NCBI RefSeq assembly: GCF_009914755.1
Contig: NC_060944.1
DNA: 64,000 nucleotides
Reading direction: 5' to 3' (one strand)
Source: the human T2T-CHM13v2.0 reference genome, Homo sapiens
This document shows, one piece after another, positions 1-12,120 of this stretch; positions within the stretch are counted from its first letter, which is position 1, and every line of letters starts with the position of its first letter. The notes beneath the pieces were generated by a model. The model searched no databases. It was given only the letters and a program-made list of their open reading frames with translations, and was not told the DNA's origin. A program made the translations under genes and the position numbers.

Positions 1-23
1 CCATCAATCCATATAATCAGTAT

Positions 24-29
24 TTTATT
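24..29 (-). terminator. Probable polyadenylation signal (AATAAA) of NKX2-4
   Basis: tttatt on + strand at the end of a ~545-nt 3' UTR. Confidence 0.65.
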
Positions 30-568
30 TTGATTCCATTGCTCTATTACCTAAATGGCAATAATTCCTCTGCAATAATGTTGCTATGTGTATGATCCAC
101 CTTGAGCTACACTTCAATTTACTTTCAATCAAACATTAATGAAATTGCACTTAGGGGGCCCTTCGAAAATTAATCTCCCAAGATAAATTCCACTTCAAAA
201 AGGACTGATTGTTAAAGCTGGGTTGATTTTTATAGTTACAAACGCCAACAAAGTTTCCAACTTTGAGAGCTGTAGTTAAGAATGCCGTGTGAACTTCTCC
301 ACCTTTTCGCGTCATTTAAGAACTTCTAGGAGGAGAAAATCACCACCTCAAAGCCTCGTGGCATAATGTTACACTACTCGGTTTCCGGGCTGTCGCTGTC
401 CCCCGCCCCCAGCAAGAGGTTCACAGCCTGCTCCTCTCTGAGACCGGTTCGTTTTGAATCGCAGTTTACACGCGCGAGTCGGTTTTCGCATGCCTCCCCC
501 ATCCGTTCTAGCAGTTTCTTGCAGACCCTTCGGGTGCACCAGGACCTAGCCCCGGGGCGCCCTCGCTG

Positions 569-1191
569 TCACCACGTCCTGCCATAGAGCAGGTTGGCGC
601 CCAGGACGCCGCCGCTGTACTCCCCGGCGGCCGCGTCCAGGGCCGCCAGGCCGCCCCCCGGGCCGTGCAGCGCGGGTGGGCTGGGCGACAGCTCCTCCAG
701 CTCAGGTGCTGGCGTCGGGGCCGGCGGCTGCGGACCGGCCTGGCCGGGGGTGGGCGTGCTGGCGCCGTTCTGGCACGGCTTGCCGTCCTTGACCAGCACA
801 GGCACCGCCACGCGGCGCGGGGACGGCGGCGGAGGCGGCGGCGGGCCCAGGCCGCCCTCCTGCTGCAGCTGCTGCGCCGCCTTGTCCTTGGCCTGCCGTT
901 TCATCTTGTACCGGTGGTTCTGGAACCAGATCTTGACCTGCGTGGGCGTCAGGTGGATCATGCTGGCCAGGTGCTCGCGCTCGGGCGCCGACAGGTACTT
1001 CTGCTGCTTGAAGCGCCGCTCCAGCTCGTAGACCTGCGCCTGCGAGAAGAGCACGCGGCGCTTCCTTCGCGGAGCGGCTGCCGCCGCCGCCGCGTGCAGC
1101 GGGCCCAGCGACTTGGCGGCGTCCGCGATGCCGGTCAGCGACCCCATGCCGGCCACATTCACGCCCGCCGACGGCCCCATGAACCTGGAGA
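569..1191 (-). CDS. NKX2-4: NK2 homeobox 4, coding exon 2 (homeodomain, NK2-specific domain, GRTW terminus)
   Basis: Acceptor cttccccag|TCTCC gives junction YSS-I-SRFMGP; homeodomain [20 protein letters not shown]...[11 protein letters not shown] with NK2 Tyr54; [15 protein letters not shown]; 442+623=1065 nt = 354 aa + stop. Confidence 0.97.
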
Positions 1192-1615
1192 CTGGGGAAG
1201 AGTCCCAAGGGGGAAGGCGAGTGAGCTCCAGGCCCGCCGGGAGCCGGTCCAGCCGCCGCTCTCTTCACGCCGCGGCCGCGACGCCGCCGGGCCCTCGCTG
1301 AATCCCAAGACCCCCTGACCGCCGCGGCCTCCGGCCCCAGCACGCCCCGCGCGCCCTCGGCGGGTCCCAGAGCACCACGCCCTCAACGGGTCCCAGGACG
1401 CCGCGCGCGTTCCCGGTCAGGTCCCAGGACCCCCCGCGCGCCCAGGGTCCCCAGAAACCCCGCGCGTCCCGGGCCGCGTCCCAGGACGCCCCGCGCGCCC
1501 GCTCGGCCCCAGGACCTCCTAAGCCGCGCGCACCCCGTCCCGCGCCCCCGCGCCCCTCGGCTGTGGCGGGAAACGCCTGAGCCGCCCGCAGCCCCGCGCT
1601 CCTGGCCCCTCTCAC
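1192..1615 (-). other. NKX2-4: NKX2-4 intron (424 nt, GT-AG, GC-rich)
   Basis: Canonical GT/AG ends that restore the reading frame. Confidence 0.93.
1300..1535. repeat. Degenerate ~27-32 bp GC-rich tandem repeat in the NKX2-4 intron
   Basis: Recurring GTCCCAG(G/A)A.C(G/C)CC.CGCGCG units near 1363, 1389, 1421, 1447, 1478 and 1506. Confidence 0.7.
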
Positions 1616-2057
1616 TTGACGAGTAGCGTGGGTCCGGGTTGGCGCCGTACCAGCCGGTGGCCGCGCCGCCCCGCATGCCGTCCGTGTAGGCGGGCAGCTC
1701 GCCCATGTTGCCCAGGCCGCCGTTGCAGTAGCTGCCCATGGCGCCGTGCGGGAACTGCGAGACGCCGGGCGGCATGTGGTAGGTGGCGGCCGCCGCCGCC
1801 GCAGCTGCTGCCGCCGCCGCCGCGGCCGCCGCGTTGTGACCCGCCATGGCGTGAGAAGGCTGCATGCCCGCCACGGTCGCCGCCTGCGAGGAGGGCCCAG
1901 GTGGCGGCGCGCGGTAGGCGGCCGCGGCCCCCAGGGGCGCCCCCAGGCCGGGTGGCGCGCCGTCCATGGCGCCGCTGAACTTCTTGTAGGTCTCCTCGAT
2001 GGGGCTCAGGATGTCGGACACGGAGAAGGGCGTCGTGTGCTTTGGGCTCAACGACAT
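1616..2057 (-). CDS. NKX2-4: NK2 homeobox 4, coding exon 1 (TN/eh1 motif, 16-Ala tract)
   Basis: Starts [19 protein letters not shown] (NK2.1-class N-terminus); donor TCAA|gtgag at 1615; 442 nt, phase 1. Confidence 0.97.
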
Positions 2058-2199
2058 GGCTCGGCGGGCAGCCAGGTAGGGGGGCCTGGGGCGCGCGCCG
2101 GCAGGACGCGGCGGCCGCTCGTCGCCGCCACCTCGGCCGCGGCAGCTGAGCCTGTGACGAGGAGTCGGCGGCTCGGCGAGCCCCCCGGGCTGCGGGATC

Positions 2200-2330
2200 T
2201 GGGGTTTATTTTAGTCCGGCGCCAGGTTTACGACAGACTCGGGGGGCGGAGCAACATCCCAAACGAGCAAACAATGGTCATTGACATCTTTTTCTCTCGC
2301 CCCCCCAACCCCCGCCCCATAATGGAGGCA
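2200..2330 (-). promoter_or_regulatory. NKX2-4 proximal promoter: TATA-like TAAAATAAA, GTCGTAAA, GC boxes, inverted SOX-like pair
   Basis: TAAAATAAA (- strand, 2205-2213); GTCGTAAA (- strand, ~2227-2234); GGGGCGG ~2243; AACAATGgtCATTGA 2270-2284; CCCCGCCCC ~2310. Confidence 0.55.
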
Positions 2331-2379
2331 AAAAAAGGTAAAAGGGGCAGTTGGGTGTTTCTTGGAAAGATCACTCCCC

Positions 2380-2428
2380 GTTGCTTTTCCCATCTTTGCT
2401 TTTCCCATCCTTTGCTTTTCCCATCCTT
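2380..2428. repeat. 3 x TTGCTTTTCCCATC(C)T pyrimidine tandem repeat
   Basis: Direct inspection. Confidence 0.85.
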
Positions 2429-3064
2429 CGCTCCTCCATCCGCGGCCGTTACCCCAGCCCTCGAGCACCAGAAATAGAAACTCGGAGGCTGGCGTCGAGG
2501 CTAGACATGGACTCCGCGCCTGGCCCCTTCCAGATCCCAGTTTTCTAAAGTGACTTCGCACCAAAGTCCGGTATAATTGCGGAATGGGGAACGTGCTGCT
2601 AAGTTTGGGGGGAGGGTGTTGCGGGGGCTTGCTTCGTCCTCTCCAGTTATCAGCCCCTCATTCGCTCCATCACCTAAAGTGTTAAAAAAAAAAAAAAAGG
2701 CTCTTGGGTCCCACCGTAAGAGCGCATAAAGAGAGGAGGTACAATGACCGTCCTTTGCCATTGTAGGGCTCCCTAATTTATGCGTTTTTAGACCCTTAAG
2801 CATCATTTTGTGGGCAACCAAACGGGCACTTCCAAATTAGCTCAAAGTATCCAAGCCCAGAGAAGAGAGAAAACACACATACACTGATAAATACGCAGAT
2901 GCTAACTTGTAAGTATTCTGTTTTTCCTCTGTGGGGATGGAAATTGAACAAGGGAAAGAGGGGGAACATTTTTATTTCCTAAAATGTTTCCTACTGAGTT
3001 TGCACTTGTAAAGTTTTTTCTGCTTTCTTTCCCTTTGTGTGTGTTCTTACTCTCTTTCTCTCAG

Positions 3065-3234
3065 TAAATATCTCTGACTTAAGTTTATTCTCCCATCACT
3101 ACCGTGATCAAAAAGAAGAGAAAGACAAAATATCAAAACTTCCAAATATTTCTAGTTGTTCGCAACGGGTCTTTTTGTTGTTGTTGGAAAAATATAACCT
3201 GTTCAAGCGATATGAAAATGGATGCAGAAATCAG
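3065..3234 (+). pseudogene. Candidate relic exon (NISDLSLFSHHYRDQKEEK...GCRNQ)
   Basis: Strong acceptor ttcttactctctttctctcag; frame open to 3330 in AT-rich DNA; donor CAG|gtgaaa. Confidence 0.45.
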
Positions 3235-3920
3235 GTGAAAATTGTAGTTTCTTTGGAAAAATACAAAACCATAGATAAACAGATTTTTAAAACTTTGTCA
3301 TCCTTTGACTTGCAGTTTTACCCGAATACTTAGACATTATGAACTCTCTACTAAATACTGAACAAGACAAAGCATAAGACAAAAGCAGTGTGCAAAGCAT
3401 ATTGATTAAATTTTGAAAACAATCTTGCAGCAATAATAATGATAACGAGAAAACAAAGATAACACTTTTAAGTTTTCCTGGAAACTGGAGCAGGAGAAAG
3501 AAAAACAAGGAGAGTGCTTTCTTAAGCAATATTTTGTTTTATTTTTTTTCCAGAAAAGGGTGTGTGGAATCGATTTAAGTTTAACCTGACAGTACATGTC
3601 TTGAAGGCAAGAACAGTGTTACATATTCCTTTTTCTGTTTGGTTTTAGCCCTTTGGTGGAAATGTTCTCCATGGTTTTGTTCTTAGGATTTTAATAATTG
3701 TTTTGTTCAACTCAGTATGGTTTTGCAAAGAATCTGCCCTTTCTAGGGGGGAAAAAGCCATAGGTCACCTGTGGGAAGGAAGTGACAGACGAATGTTAAG
3801 AGTAATGTTTTAATATACTGTAAAAATAAAATGCAAGGTTACAGGAATTGTTTACAAACATCAGTATTGACTTAGCAAGATTAATATTGCTACAGTTTTA
3901 ACACGATGCTACTTTTACAG

Positions 3921-4024
3921 GTCTTTTATGAACTTGAAACACATCGGCTAGGTCTTCATCCTCACCTGCACTGGAATTACCTACTTAAGAAAAACAAACT
4001 AATGATACACAAAGAAGCACTTAT
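3921..4024 (+). pseudogene. Candidate relic exon (VFYELETHRLGLHPHLHWNYLLKKNKLMIHKEAL)
   Basis: ctacttttacag| ... AT|gtatgt; no stops; phase-0 start matches the end of 3065-3234. Confidence 0.45.
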
Positions 4025-5295
4025 GTATGTATTTAAACACTTGCTGGGATCCTTCTGAAAACTACAGTTTGAATTTTACGTTTCCGGTTTAGTTTAAATT
4101 GTATTGTTTACTTGTATGTATTAGCTTAAATAAAATAATAGTCATTTCAAATGTTTCTCAGAGACAACAGGGTAAGTAAAAAATAGTTGTGTTATGACAT
4201 CTGTGAATATAAAAGTTATTTGTGGCCCATTATATTTTATTTTTCAAGTTCAAACGTATTTCAAATATGAAACGCATTATCATAATCTCCATATTGATTA
4301 GTTGTCCAAGTTGAAAAGTGTTTACAATTTTAATTTTTTCCAGATGATTATTACTCTGTTTTCAGGCTATAAATTTCATCTCATGTAATTTTCTTTGTAG
4401 AACTTTGACATAGCAGTTAACATCAAGTGGTTGTACTACAATTTTTGCTTATTTTGTTTTTCAACTGCATTGGGTCCTGTTATAAGTGCATATACATCTG
4501 GAATGCTTCCATCTTTAAATTAAAAGCACTTTATCACATCTGAAGGTTCTCTGCAGAGAGTCACTTTCTGACTGCTTAGGAACTTGATAAGCCAAATAGT
4601 ATTCCATCACTGTAGGTAAACAGTTCTGGGAAAGAAAAATCTACAGTCTTTGACAATTCTTCCTGTCAATTGTTTGTACCTCATTCTAGAAATTACATAT
4701 CTTCATGCCGGAAACACTATTTGGATGCGTGTGGATGATTCTGAAAATTGATATAGTCTGAAGGATGTATATGTACATTTATATATAGACAAAATATAAC
4801 CCAATTGATATTCCATTGAAGCTTTGTATTCATTTCATCAGATTATCGTGTACCTAAATTATGTGTGGAAATTTATACTTAGTAGATTCTCAAATATTAT
4901 TGGCTAAACTGCATTTCACAGGAAATGTATTTCTCAGGAGTGTTTTCTCATTGTTTTCCTTAAAAAAAAATGCTGGCACCCAGCAAAATAATAAAATTAA
5001 AAAATAAAATAAAATGCAAATACTGCCTAAGGGAATACAGTGAAAAGAATTGGTTCTCACTCTCCTATCCTTCAAGGCTCCTAGTTCTTCGCCTCAGAGG
5101 AATTTGGTGTTACCTGTTTCTTTTGGAATGGCCTGTCCATCTAGAAGCATACTACCATTTTACACACAAAAGATAGCATGCTCTATGTGATTTGGTACCT
5201 TGCCTTTTTCATAGTTTAGGTTTTTATAGTTTCACACATTGCAACATTGAAAACAGACGAAGATAGGCTGTGGCAGATACAGAAATTTTTTCTAG

Positions 5296-5647
5296 ACAAA
5301 AAGACAAGATTTCTCTAGACAAAACACTCCTGGCTTTCTGGCAAAAATGTGGTATTTGTTGAAAATCTCTGATGTGTTAGATAGCCTTAGTGCCAAAAAT
5401 ATTTAGCAAAAAAATTCTAAGGAAAGAGCCTTCTGCAGTTTGGATTTGCTCTTGGCAGACAGAAGCTCAGCGAAAGGGACCTGAGAGGAGTTGAGAAACT
5501 TCTGACATACCCACTTTGAAGTGGGGGTCCAGCCAGTACTTAGAGGGAAATATTGTTTATCTAGGTGGTGAATAGGTTTTCAGTGGGTCTTGTATTTCCT
5601 CATCAAGACTGTTTGAAAATATAACTTTCTGCTTGATACCCAAAAAC
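5296..5647 (+). pseudogene. Candidate relic exon (KISLDKTLLAFWQKCGIC*...RLFENITFCLIPKN)
   Basis: ttttttctag| ... AAC|gtaagt; 4 stops in ~117 codons in one frame. Confidence 0.4.
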
Positions 5648-7663
5648 GTAAGTGCCTTTTAGAACTGAGACACTTGCTACATTTGCAATTAGTTTAAACT
5701 AGTTGTGAAACAATTTGATTAATAAGTTTTATGTTGTGGAAGTAGCCTTAAAATATTGTCTTTGCAGTTGGGAAGGAATAAAGAAACATCTTAAGGATAC
5801 TAGTATTTTGCAGCAAAATTTGAGGTTATAAAGAGGAAAATAAAACTGCCATAGAGATGAAACACAAAGTTTATTTGAATTATTTTACTTTTTTTTGCTA
5901 AATTCATCAGTTTCTGAGATCTGGTTCTCATTTCTTTTTAGTCCCTTTATAAGCCTTTTTCCAATAGTGTTCATTTCAATTATTTTAAATGTCTTACAGT
6001 AATTTTACACTTGCATTTATAAGGCTTTGTTATTTCTATGTGACACAGTAATCCTTTCATATTTTCTTCACAAAATACAAACTCCTGGCAGTTTACTCAA
6101 AAAAATCTTGTGATCCTTTTCCTGAGATTCAGATATTTTAGACTGAAAATTGTTTTCTGACCAATGATAATTGGTATCAATAAACACATTTTAAGCTAAC
6201 ACAATTGTTAGTACAGTGTGAGAATGAATAGTAGGTAATCACATTTTGTTGTCAAAATTATTATAATATGGTCCAATGAAATGATTCCTCCTCCCATCCC
6301 CCTAAGGAAAAAAACAAACAAGAAACCTCCCCTTCTAGGGTCAAGCTGTAACACTAGTTTTTACAGTCAGAGTAGAGAATAACACTGGGCTATAACAGGG
6401 GAGTAAAAATAGGGAAATTATCCAGTGTGTCCCAATTCTCTCACCCTAGGATTAGGAGCTTGAGCCACAAATTCAAATTTTTCTATGTTAAAAATCATTT
6501 TTTAGAGTAATAATACATGTATGGGAAAAACAATGGCAATATTGAAATATAATTTTTTATTTCTGAATTACAAGTTTATTGTATATTTTGTGTATATAGA
6601 AAGTTTAAAATATTTTGGAACATAGTGGTATTTCCATTGAACAACATTTTTTAGATGTTTTGGAGTGTCATTAAATGGCTGTTTTATAGGAAAAAGAATC
6701 CTCTGAATTTTAAACAAAACTATATTTCTGTTGGTTATTTTGTGTGAGGAGTTAGTTTTTCTAAGTGTTCCACCATGTTTCCAACACAACCTAATTAGAG
6801 TAAATACACAAAGCTTTTAAAAATACTTACTTTATAACTTCTCACATACTGTCACATTTTTCGAATCTGAGATTTAGTGGCTTTAATGTAAACTCTTTTT
6901 CTCCTACAAGTCTCATTAAAGATGTGTCATCTTGCATTTACAAATTACTTTGTAATTATCAAGGAAGGTATCAGTTTTTAACATCTGGGCTGAGTAATTG
7001 GGCTGTTGCCACCATCACTTACTTGAAGGAGAACTCCAATTTTTGATGTTTTGGTAAATTGATTATTAGGTTGTTGGATTTGTTAATAAAAAGTTTTACT
7101 GTGTACATTTTAGAAGGAACAGCTATGACAATATAGTAATTAGAGAATAATTTGCTCAATTTTGTCCCCTTTTGTTCTTCTGTGTACTACTAATGTTGAG
7201 GGAATAGTTGACAGATACTTGTATTCACATGTATCTGTCTGAATTGTAGGTTGAGAATTGTTCTTAAAAGGAAGCAATAGGCTAATGTTTACCTCATAAA
7301 TCAATGCAAATTTTGTAGATTTTAAGCAATTTATTGCTTAATAATTTGCATTAAAAAGCTTAATATGAAACAATTTCATTAATCTTTCTTCAGACAGTAA
7401 GTGCCACAAGGAAAACCTGACTAATAAAGTTGCCTTATAAGATTTTCTCAAGAAAACCAAAACCCAAAAAACCTAATAAAATGAGAGTCTCAAACCACAA
7501 CAGACGTGTCAGATGGACTTGAAAATTACTGATTATTGCCCCAGAATATCCAGTTTGTGAAATAAATTGTGGGATCTGACTCTAGTAAATCTAGGGTTTA
7601 TTATAAAGTTTTTAAAAGTGAAGTACTAAATGTAAAAGGCAATTTGATCTTGTCACTGTGTAG

Positions 7664-7856
7664 GGAATTACGTAGGTGTAATACTGAAAAGGTGATTCAA
7701 ACTGGTGTTTGTACTTTTAGAAATCATGGAAATTACACAAAAATGTCACAAACCACAGCCATTGGAATTTGGCCTGAAATACCAAGCCAGATAAATGAGA
7801 ATTGCTTGAGAAAATCGGAACCAGCTTAAATGAAAGCAGCTTATCATTGGCATGTA
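7664..7856 (+). pseudogene. Candidate relic exon (ELRRCNTEKVIQTGVCTF...SEPA*MKAAYHWHV)
   Basis: Lies in an 86-codon open frame in AT-rich DNA; gtgtag| ... |gtatgt; 1 stop. Confidence 0.4.
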
Positions 7857-8329
7857 GTATGTCTTTTAAAATGTATAATTATCTAACAGAAGGAAAATAG
7901 AATATTTGGAGTAGATTACCTCTTCAAAAACAAAAAGCATATGCTATGTATCCAAGGTAAATTTTTAAAAAACTAACTCAACCCTAAAAAATGGCAAACT
8001 TCAATGAGTGAAAGATTTTTTAAAATAACATATTCAAAAAAATTTAAATCAAATTTATATTTTTTAAAGTTCACTTTTTAATGAAGGACTAAATCTTGAA
8101 CTGTAAAGGGTATATTAGGGTTAAATGTTTTGCATAAGTTATTGTTCTAGGATTTGGATAATAGAATAATTTACAAGGCCATTGTTTCAATACATTCTTT
8201 ATATGTTTACCATTACAAACATATAAACAAAATACTCTGAAAGATCTGAATGGAAAGTATTATATGAAATTTTATTTTTCTATAAATATTGAGGTATATA
8301 TATAATTATTTTTTGTTTTTATTTCTTAG

Positions 8330-8606
8330 CTACATCTGCTGGAATGAGATGTATGATGATTTAGAGTTGGTTCTCTTAAGTGCAGTATTTCTTTAGGATA
8401 ATCAGTGATAGTGCATATATGATTGAGCTACTGTTGTGAACATAATTGATGGCAGAATGCCTTGATGCAGCTCTTACCAACAATTTATGGAGATTAAAAG
8501 GGTGGTAGAACTGGTGGGTTAGAAATTGCTTTCTAAAGAACTGGAGGATCGAAGAGAAACCTGGGGTTTCCAGTGCCCTCTGAAATAATCTTTACATAAA
8601 ACCCAG
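8330..8606 (+). pseudogene. Candidate relic exon (YICWNEMYDDLELVLLSAVFL*...KELEDRRETWGFQCPLK*)
   Basis: Very strong T-rich acceptor; protein-like translation but 7 stops. Confidence 0.3.
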
Positions 8607-9571
8607 GTTTAGTAGGTACAATTGTTGTTTAAGTGCGCTGCTCATGAAAAAAATTTATGTGGCAGAAATATTATTTGGTCATGGATATTGTATGAACAAA
8701 TCAGGGCTTCTGTACCCATGTTAAAGGAAAAATGGAGAATGTTCTGTATATTTAATATGCACATGTGATTGTATTTAACTTTATAGGTAATAAATGATAC
8801 AGGTAAACACACTTATGAAGATCAAACACATTTCACGCCCAAGAAAGTCTAATCACGAATTGTCCTTAGCTTCCTGTATATGGATTGTCCCGTTTCCATA
8901 TGTTCAAGCAAGATGTATCTCTCTCACATAGATATTTTTACTTAGAGACTCAAGAGGACATATGTAAGGCAAAAAAAAAACATAAACATTTATTCTTCCT
9001 CTGCCTTGATATATAAAAAATCTGAGGCAGTTTATAAATAAATATATTTGTGCGCTTTAAACATTTAGTAAGACTCAAGACCTCATAAATAAGGATCTTA
9101 TAAAAGAGTAGGAAATTAAGATATAAGTTGAAAAAACATCAACTAAACAGGCTATAAAGCCTACTGAATTCCTATAGTTGAGCCTCACATTTGGCTCTAA
9201 GCTTCCTCGTGGTCAATTGAAAAAGTCAGTTATATTTTCCTTGCATTTAGGAAGAACACCCTCCCAATACACACAGACATACACACAACATTTCTCAAGG
9301 AAAGAGGCATTTCCTAATACTCAGCTCTAAAAAAAAATTTGTCATGGGGCTTCATGGAGGGAGCACTGAACATAAACATCTTAATAGTTCTATAGCAGAT
9401 GGAATTATTTTTAAATATTGGCTTGTTGTAGTGGCCATTCCTAAAAAGTCTGAGACCTCAACATCGAATCATCTCAATTAAGGACTCTAAGGTTTAGGAA
9501 CAAAATATGGTTCAGGTTTGTAGCCTTCTGATTCAGGAATGCTTCATACTTTAAAAAAATGACTTCATAGA

Positions 9572-9931
<360 letters not shown>

Positions 9932-10266
9932 CTAAATAGGTCACCATAATTTGCAGGTAACAGTCCTAGATCAGTTCTTTGATGCCAAACTAACTCTAGT
10001 TCTTTCCCACAAAGCACTCTAAATATAAGAGAATATTATATTCTACCTATGTTTTCTCCTTTTCATACTAAAAAAATCCTCCAGAGCAAAAAGATCTAGA
10101 ATGAACACATACAATTATATTAACTAAGAATTTATTTAGTGATTACTATATGCTTAAGATTGTCTTAGTGCTTTAGAAAACTGGGGAAGGAGCCCCTCTG
10201 ATATTAGAATAAACTTATCCCTGGCATTCATATCCTGACGTTGAGCAGTATTTTAAAATTATATAT

Positions 10267-10687
10267 TGATGTAGTTTGGATGCTTGACCCCTCCAAATCT
10301 CATGCAGAGATTTGATCCCCAGTGTTGGAGTGGGGCCTGGTGGGAGATATTTGGATCGTGGGGAGGCATCCCTCATGAAGGGCGTGGTGCCTTCCTTCTG
10401 GTAGTGAGTGACTGCTTCCTTTAGTTCTTGCAAGATCTGATTGTTTAAAAGAATCTGGCACCACCCTCCTCTCTCTCTCGCTTCCTCTTGCCATGTGATG
10501 CCTGCCCTCCTTCACCTTCCGTCGTAAATTGAGGCACTCTGAAGCCCTCACCAGAAGCAGATGCTTCTGGTACAGTCTACAGAACTGTGAGCTAAATAAA
10601 CCTCTTTTCTTTATAAGTTGCCCTGCCTCAGGTATTCCTTTATAGCAACAGACTAAGGTATTCCTATATAGCAAATGGACTAAGACA
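10267..10687 (+). mobile_element. MaLR solo LTR (MSTB-like)
   Basis: TG...CA ends; tttggatg...ccctccaaatctcatg; aataaacctcttttctttataa; ggactaagaca. Confidence 0.85.
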
Positions 10688-10767
10688 TGTATACATAATA
10701 TGTATTACTTTATGTACTTTTATGTACTATTTGAAATTATATGTTTATATCCATGTGAATATATCCT

Positions 10768-10788
10768 GTATATATATGTGTATATATA

Positions 10789-10831
<43 letters not shown>

Positions 10832-10832
10832 G
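10768..10832. repeat. (TA)n/(TG)n microsatellite
   Basis: Direct inspection. Confidence 0.95.
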
Positions 10833-11148
10833 TCTAAAAGAAAATGCATGTCAAATTCTAAATAGCTGACTTACTAATGAACTTTTCAGAACACATCCCA
10901 TTTGTAAGGTGGGGATAAGGCAAAAATTGTAAACATTACTAATATTTATTTGTCTTACTAACATACTAGTTACTTTCATGAGCTTTATGTGTTTATCTCA
11001 TTTAATAGGTACAATAGAAGAGAAGTGTCATCAACATTGACAGTTCAAACGTAAAGATCTTCTAAATAGGGGTGAAAAAGAAATCTTAAAGTTATTTATG
11101 GCTGCTCTCCTGCATCTCTACAAGGTTAATAGATGATGATTTATGCAA

Positions 11149-11438
11149 TTTTTTTTTAGACGGAGTCTTGCTGTGTTGTCCAGGCTGGAGTGCAGTGGTG
11201 TGATCTTGGCTCACTTGCAACCCTCACCTCCTGGGTTTAAACGATTCTCCTGCCTCAGCCTCCCAGGTAGCTGGGATTACAGGGACCCGCCAGCACATCC
11301 TGCTAATCTTTTTATTTTTAATAGAGATGGGGTTTCACCATGTTGGCCAGACCAGTCTAAACTCCTGACCGCAAGTGATCCGCCCACCTCAGCCTCCCAG
11401 AGTGCTGGGATTACAGGCATGAGCCACAGTGCCTGGCC
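11149..11438 (-). mobile_element. Alu (S/J)
   Basis: Alu consensus, reverse. Confidence 0.9.
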
Positions 11439-11663
11439 TGATTTGTGGTATTTTTGAGTAGCCGTTGTTAATGAGACTATTCTTACATTGCCAGATGATT
11501 TTGATGACTATTTTAATTGGATATTTGTTTTGTATACATTTTCTTTATAAGGGCAGCAGAAGGTTTGGAAGTTTCAAGTGGTTAGAGTAGAGTTAATGGA
11601 GCAGTAATAGAAGGTGTTTCTTTCCTCTAGGTACTACAGTAATGAAGTAATTTTCATTTTTGC

Positions 11664-11956
11664 TTTTTTCTTTTCTTTGAGACAAGGTCTCGCTGTGTTG
11701 TCCAGGCTGGAATGCAGCGGCATGATCATGGCTTTCTGCAACCTGTGCCTCCCAGGCTCAAGCAATCCTCCCACCTCAGCTTCTGAGTATCTGAGACTAC
11801 AGGCAGGCACCACCACGCCCTGCTAATTTTTGTATATTTCGTAGAGACGGAGTTTTGCCATGTTGCCCAGGCTGGTCATACTCCTGAGCTCAAGCAGTTC
11901 ATCACCTTGGCCTCCCAAAGTGTTGGGATTATAGGCATAAGCCACCATGACTGGCT
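11664..11956 (-). mobile_element. AluJ-like
   Basis: Alu consensus, reverse. Confidence 0.9.
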
Positions 11957-12120
11957 TGAAATAATTTTCTTAGATAATTGAATAATATAGTTTCTCAGGT
12001 ATAGTGACAAATATTTGTAGAACACTGGCATTGATCATTATTAACTCAATATTATTAAAATTACTGAGGTGATAAAAGCTTTTTGTAAAACAAATCAAAT
12101 AATGTGTGGAAGTATATGGA

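Larger units (their letters stand above)
370..2660. promoter_or_regulatory. CpG island over NKX2-4 and its promoter
   Basis: Very high GC and CpG density against AT-rich flanks. Confidence 0.9.

Noticed and set aside
1185-1191. Second AG acceptor 7 nt downstream (ctccag|GTTC)
   Set aside because: It would frameshift before the homeodomain; the upstream AG gives the NK2.1-like ISRFMGP junction.
1383-1615. C-terminal extension of the 224-aa ORF 1383-2057
   Set aside because: Read-through into the intron past the gtgag donor.
366-2821. Many long overlapping ORFs on both strands around NKX2-4
   Set aside because: Expected by-products of a GC-rich CpG island and of the antisense and alternative frames of a real CDS; no motifs.
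4344-4766. Possible relic exon after the strong acceptor at 4343
   Set aside because: About 9 stops in ~140 codons in the frame examined, indistinguishable from random; not listed as a feature.
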